Positions 62,830-64,000 of a stretch of DNA of 64,000 bases are shown one piece after another; position 1 is the first letter of the stretch, and each line of letters starts with the position of its first letter. The notes under the pieces were generated by a model, which did no database searches, was not told the DNA's origin, and was given only the letters and a program-made list of their open reading frames with translations. The stretch comes from Octopus sinensis. Its lineage: Eukaryota. The stretch spans positions 9,176,001-9,240,000 of the forward strand of contig NC_042998.1 of NCBI RefSeq assembly GCF_006345805.1, given 5' to 3'. The translations under genes were made by a program, and so were the position numbers.

Positions 62830-63210
62830 GACTCATGTTCACTGCCAGTGTTAGTCAAACATAAAAGGCGCTCGTGCCAGTGACACGTAAAAGGCACTCG
62901 TGCCAGTGACACATAAAAGGCACTCGTGTCAGTGACATATAAAAGGCACTCGTGCCAGTGACACGTAAAAGGCACTTGTGCCAGTGACACGTATAAAAGG
63001 CACCTGTACCAGTGACATGTAAAAACCACTCAGTACACTCTGTAAAGTGGTTGGCATCAGGAAGGGCATCCAGCCATAGAAACCAAGCCAAGGTAGATGA
63101 CTGGAACCTGATGCAGCTCTCCAGCTTACCGGTCCCGGTCAGACTGTCTCTAACCCATGCCAGCATGGAAAACAGCAGTCAAATGATGATGATGATGATG
63201 ATGATGATGA
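62830..63210 (+). mobile_element. RTE 3'UTR variant carrying a ~22-bp minisatellite
   Basis: aaaaggcactcgtgccagtgacac repeated about 7 times, then aggaagggcatccagcc...(gat)n. Confidence 0.8.
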
Positions 63211-63299
63211 TATCATCAGCATCATCATTTAATGTCCCCTTTTCCTTGCTGGTATGGGTTGGATGGATTGACAAGAATAGACAAGTCATACTTGCATGT

Positions 63300-63560
63300 A
63301 TGCATGCATGTGTCCGTGTATGTGTGTATGTGTGTGTGTGTGTGTGTTGTGTGTGTGTGTGTGTGTCTCTGTGTGTGTGTCTGTGTGTGTGTCTGTGTGT
63401 GTCTGTGTGTCTATGTGTGTGTGTCTGTGTGTGTGTGTGTCCGTGTCTGTGTGTGTGTCTGTGTGTGTGTGTGTGTGTGTGTGTCTATGTGTGTGTGTGT
63501 CTGTTTGTGTGTGTATGTGTGTCTGTGTATGTGTGTGTGTGCATGTGTGTGTGTGTAAGG
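63300..63560. repeat. (TG)/(TCTG) microsatellite
   Basis: Direct reading. Confidence 0.95.
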
Positions 63561-64000
63561 AGTGGTAGTTAAATCGGATACAATTAAACAGGCTTCCACA
63601 CAGTTTTTCTTTCTATCAATGTCAAGGTTTTGTGCAGTTAAACTCAAAAGCTCTGTCTTCTCCAATAGACCGAGATGTTACAAAAGAATTGGGCGATAAC
63701 ATAAATAGTTGAAAATACACAAAACCAGTTCAACCGATATTGACATGGAAACATTTAAATGAAACCATTGTTATTTTTATTTATCAGTTTACACCTATTT
63801 ATTCATGATAGCATGGCTTCATTGTTGTTTGCAGAATAAATTTGCTCTATCTATCTAAGTTGCTTGTCCGCTATCCCATGAGTTGAAACATTTTAAAAGC
63901 TTTTCTACAAACCTAACGCTATTTTCAACCTTATAAGTTTACTTAAACTTTACTTCATATTCAAACAAACTGAACTACGTTATTAGCCACTTGCAACTTC

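Overview
AT-rich, microsatellite-dense eukaryotic DNA, very likely from an octopus (inferred from the tRNA-headed SINE families and the repeat landscape). Most supplied ORFs are microsatellite or repeat artefacts. The only host coding sequence I can support is two phase-0 exons on the minus strand (39057-38809 and 35595-35353) of a FAM81-like coiled-coil gene; its other exons were not recognised. The rest is a transposon graveyard: three tRNA-SINE groups, RTE, R4/Dong, CR1 and Tx1/L1 LINE remnants, several mariner/maT remnants, two piggyBac-type (TTAA) MITE families, an hAT-like remnant and a Helentron-like element with an endonuclease remnant. The main findings are: (1) two tandem arrays (2290-3565, 31948-34632) built from the ORF2 stop region plus 3'UTR of an RTE LINE, one with A-B-A-B higher-order structure; (2) a 230-bp insert with a perfect 21-bp flanking duplication and hammerhead-core motifs; (3) Helentron termini enclosing a C-terminal AP-endonuclease; (4) inverted SINEs bracketing an in-frame exon; (5) a mariner derivative with two left ends; and (6) a near-perfect 112-bp palindrome. 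All family names come from recalled motifs, not database searches, and repeat boundaries are approximate.
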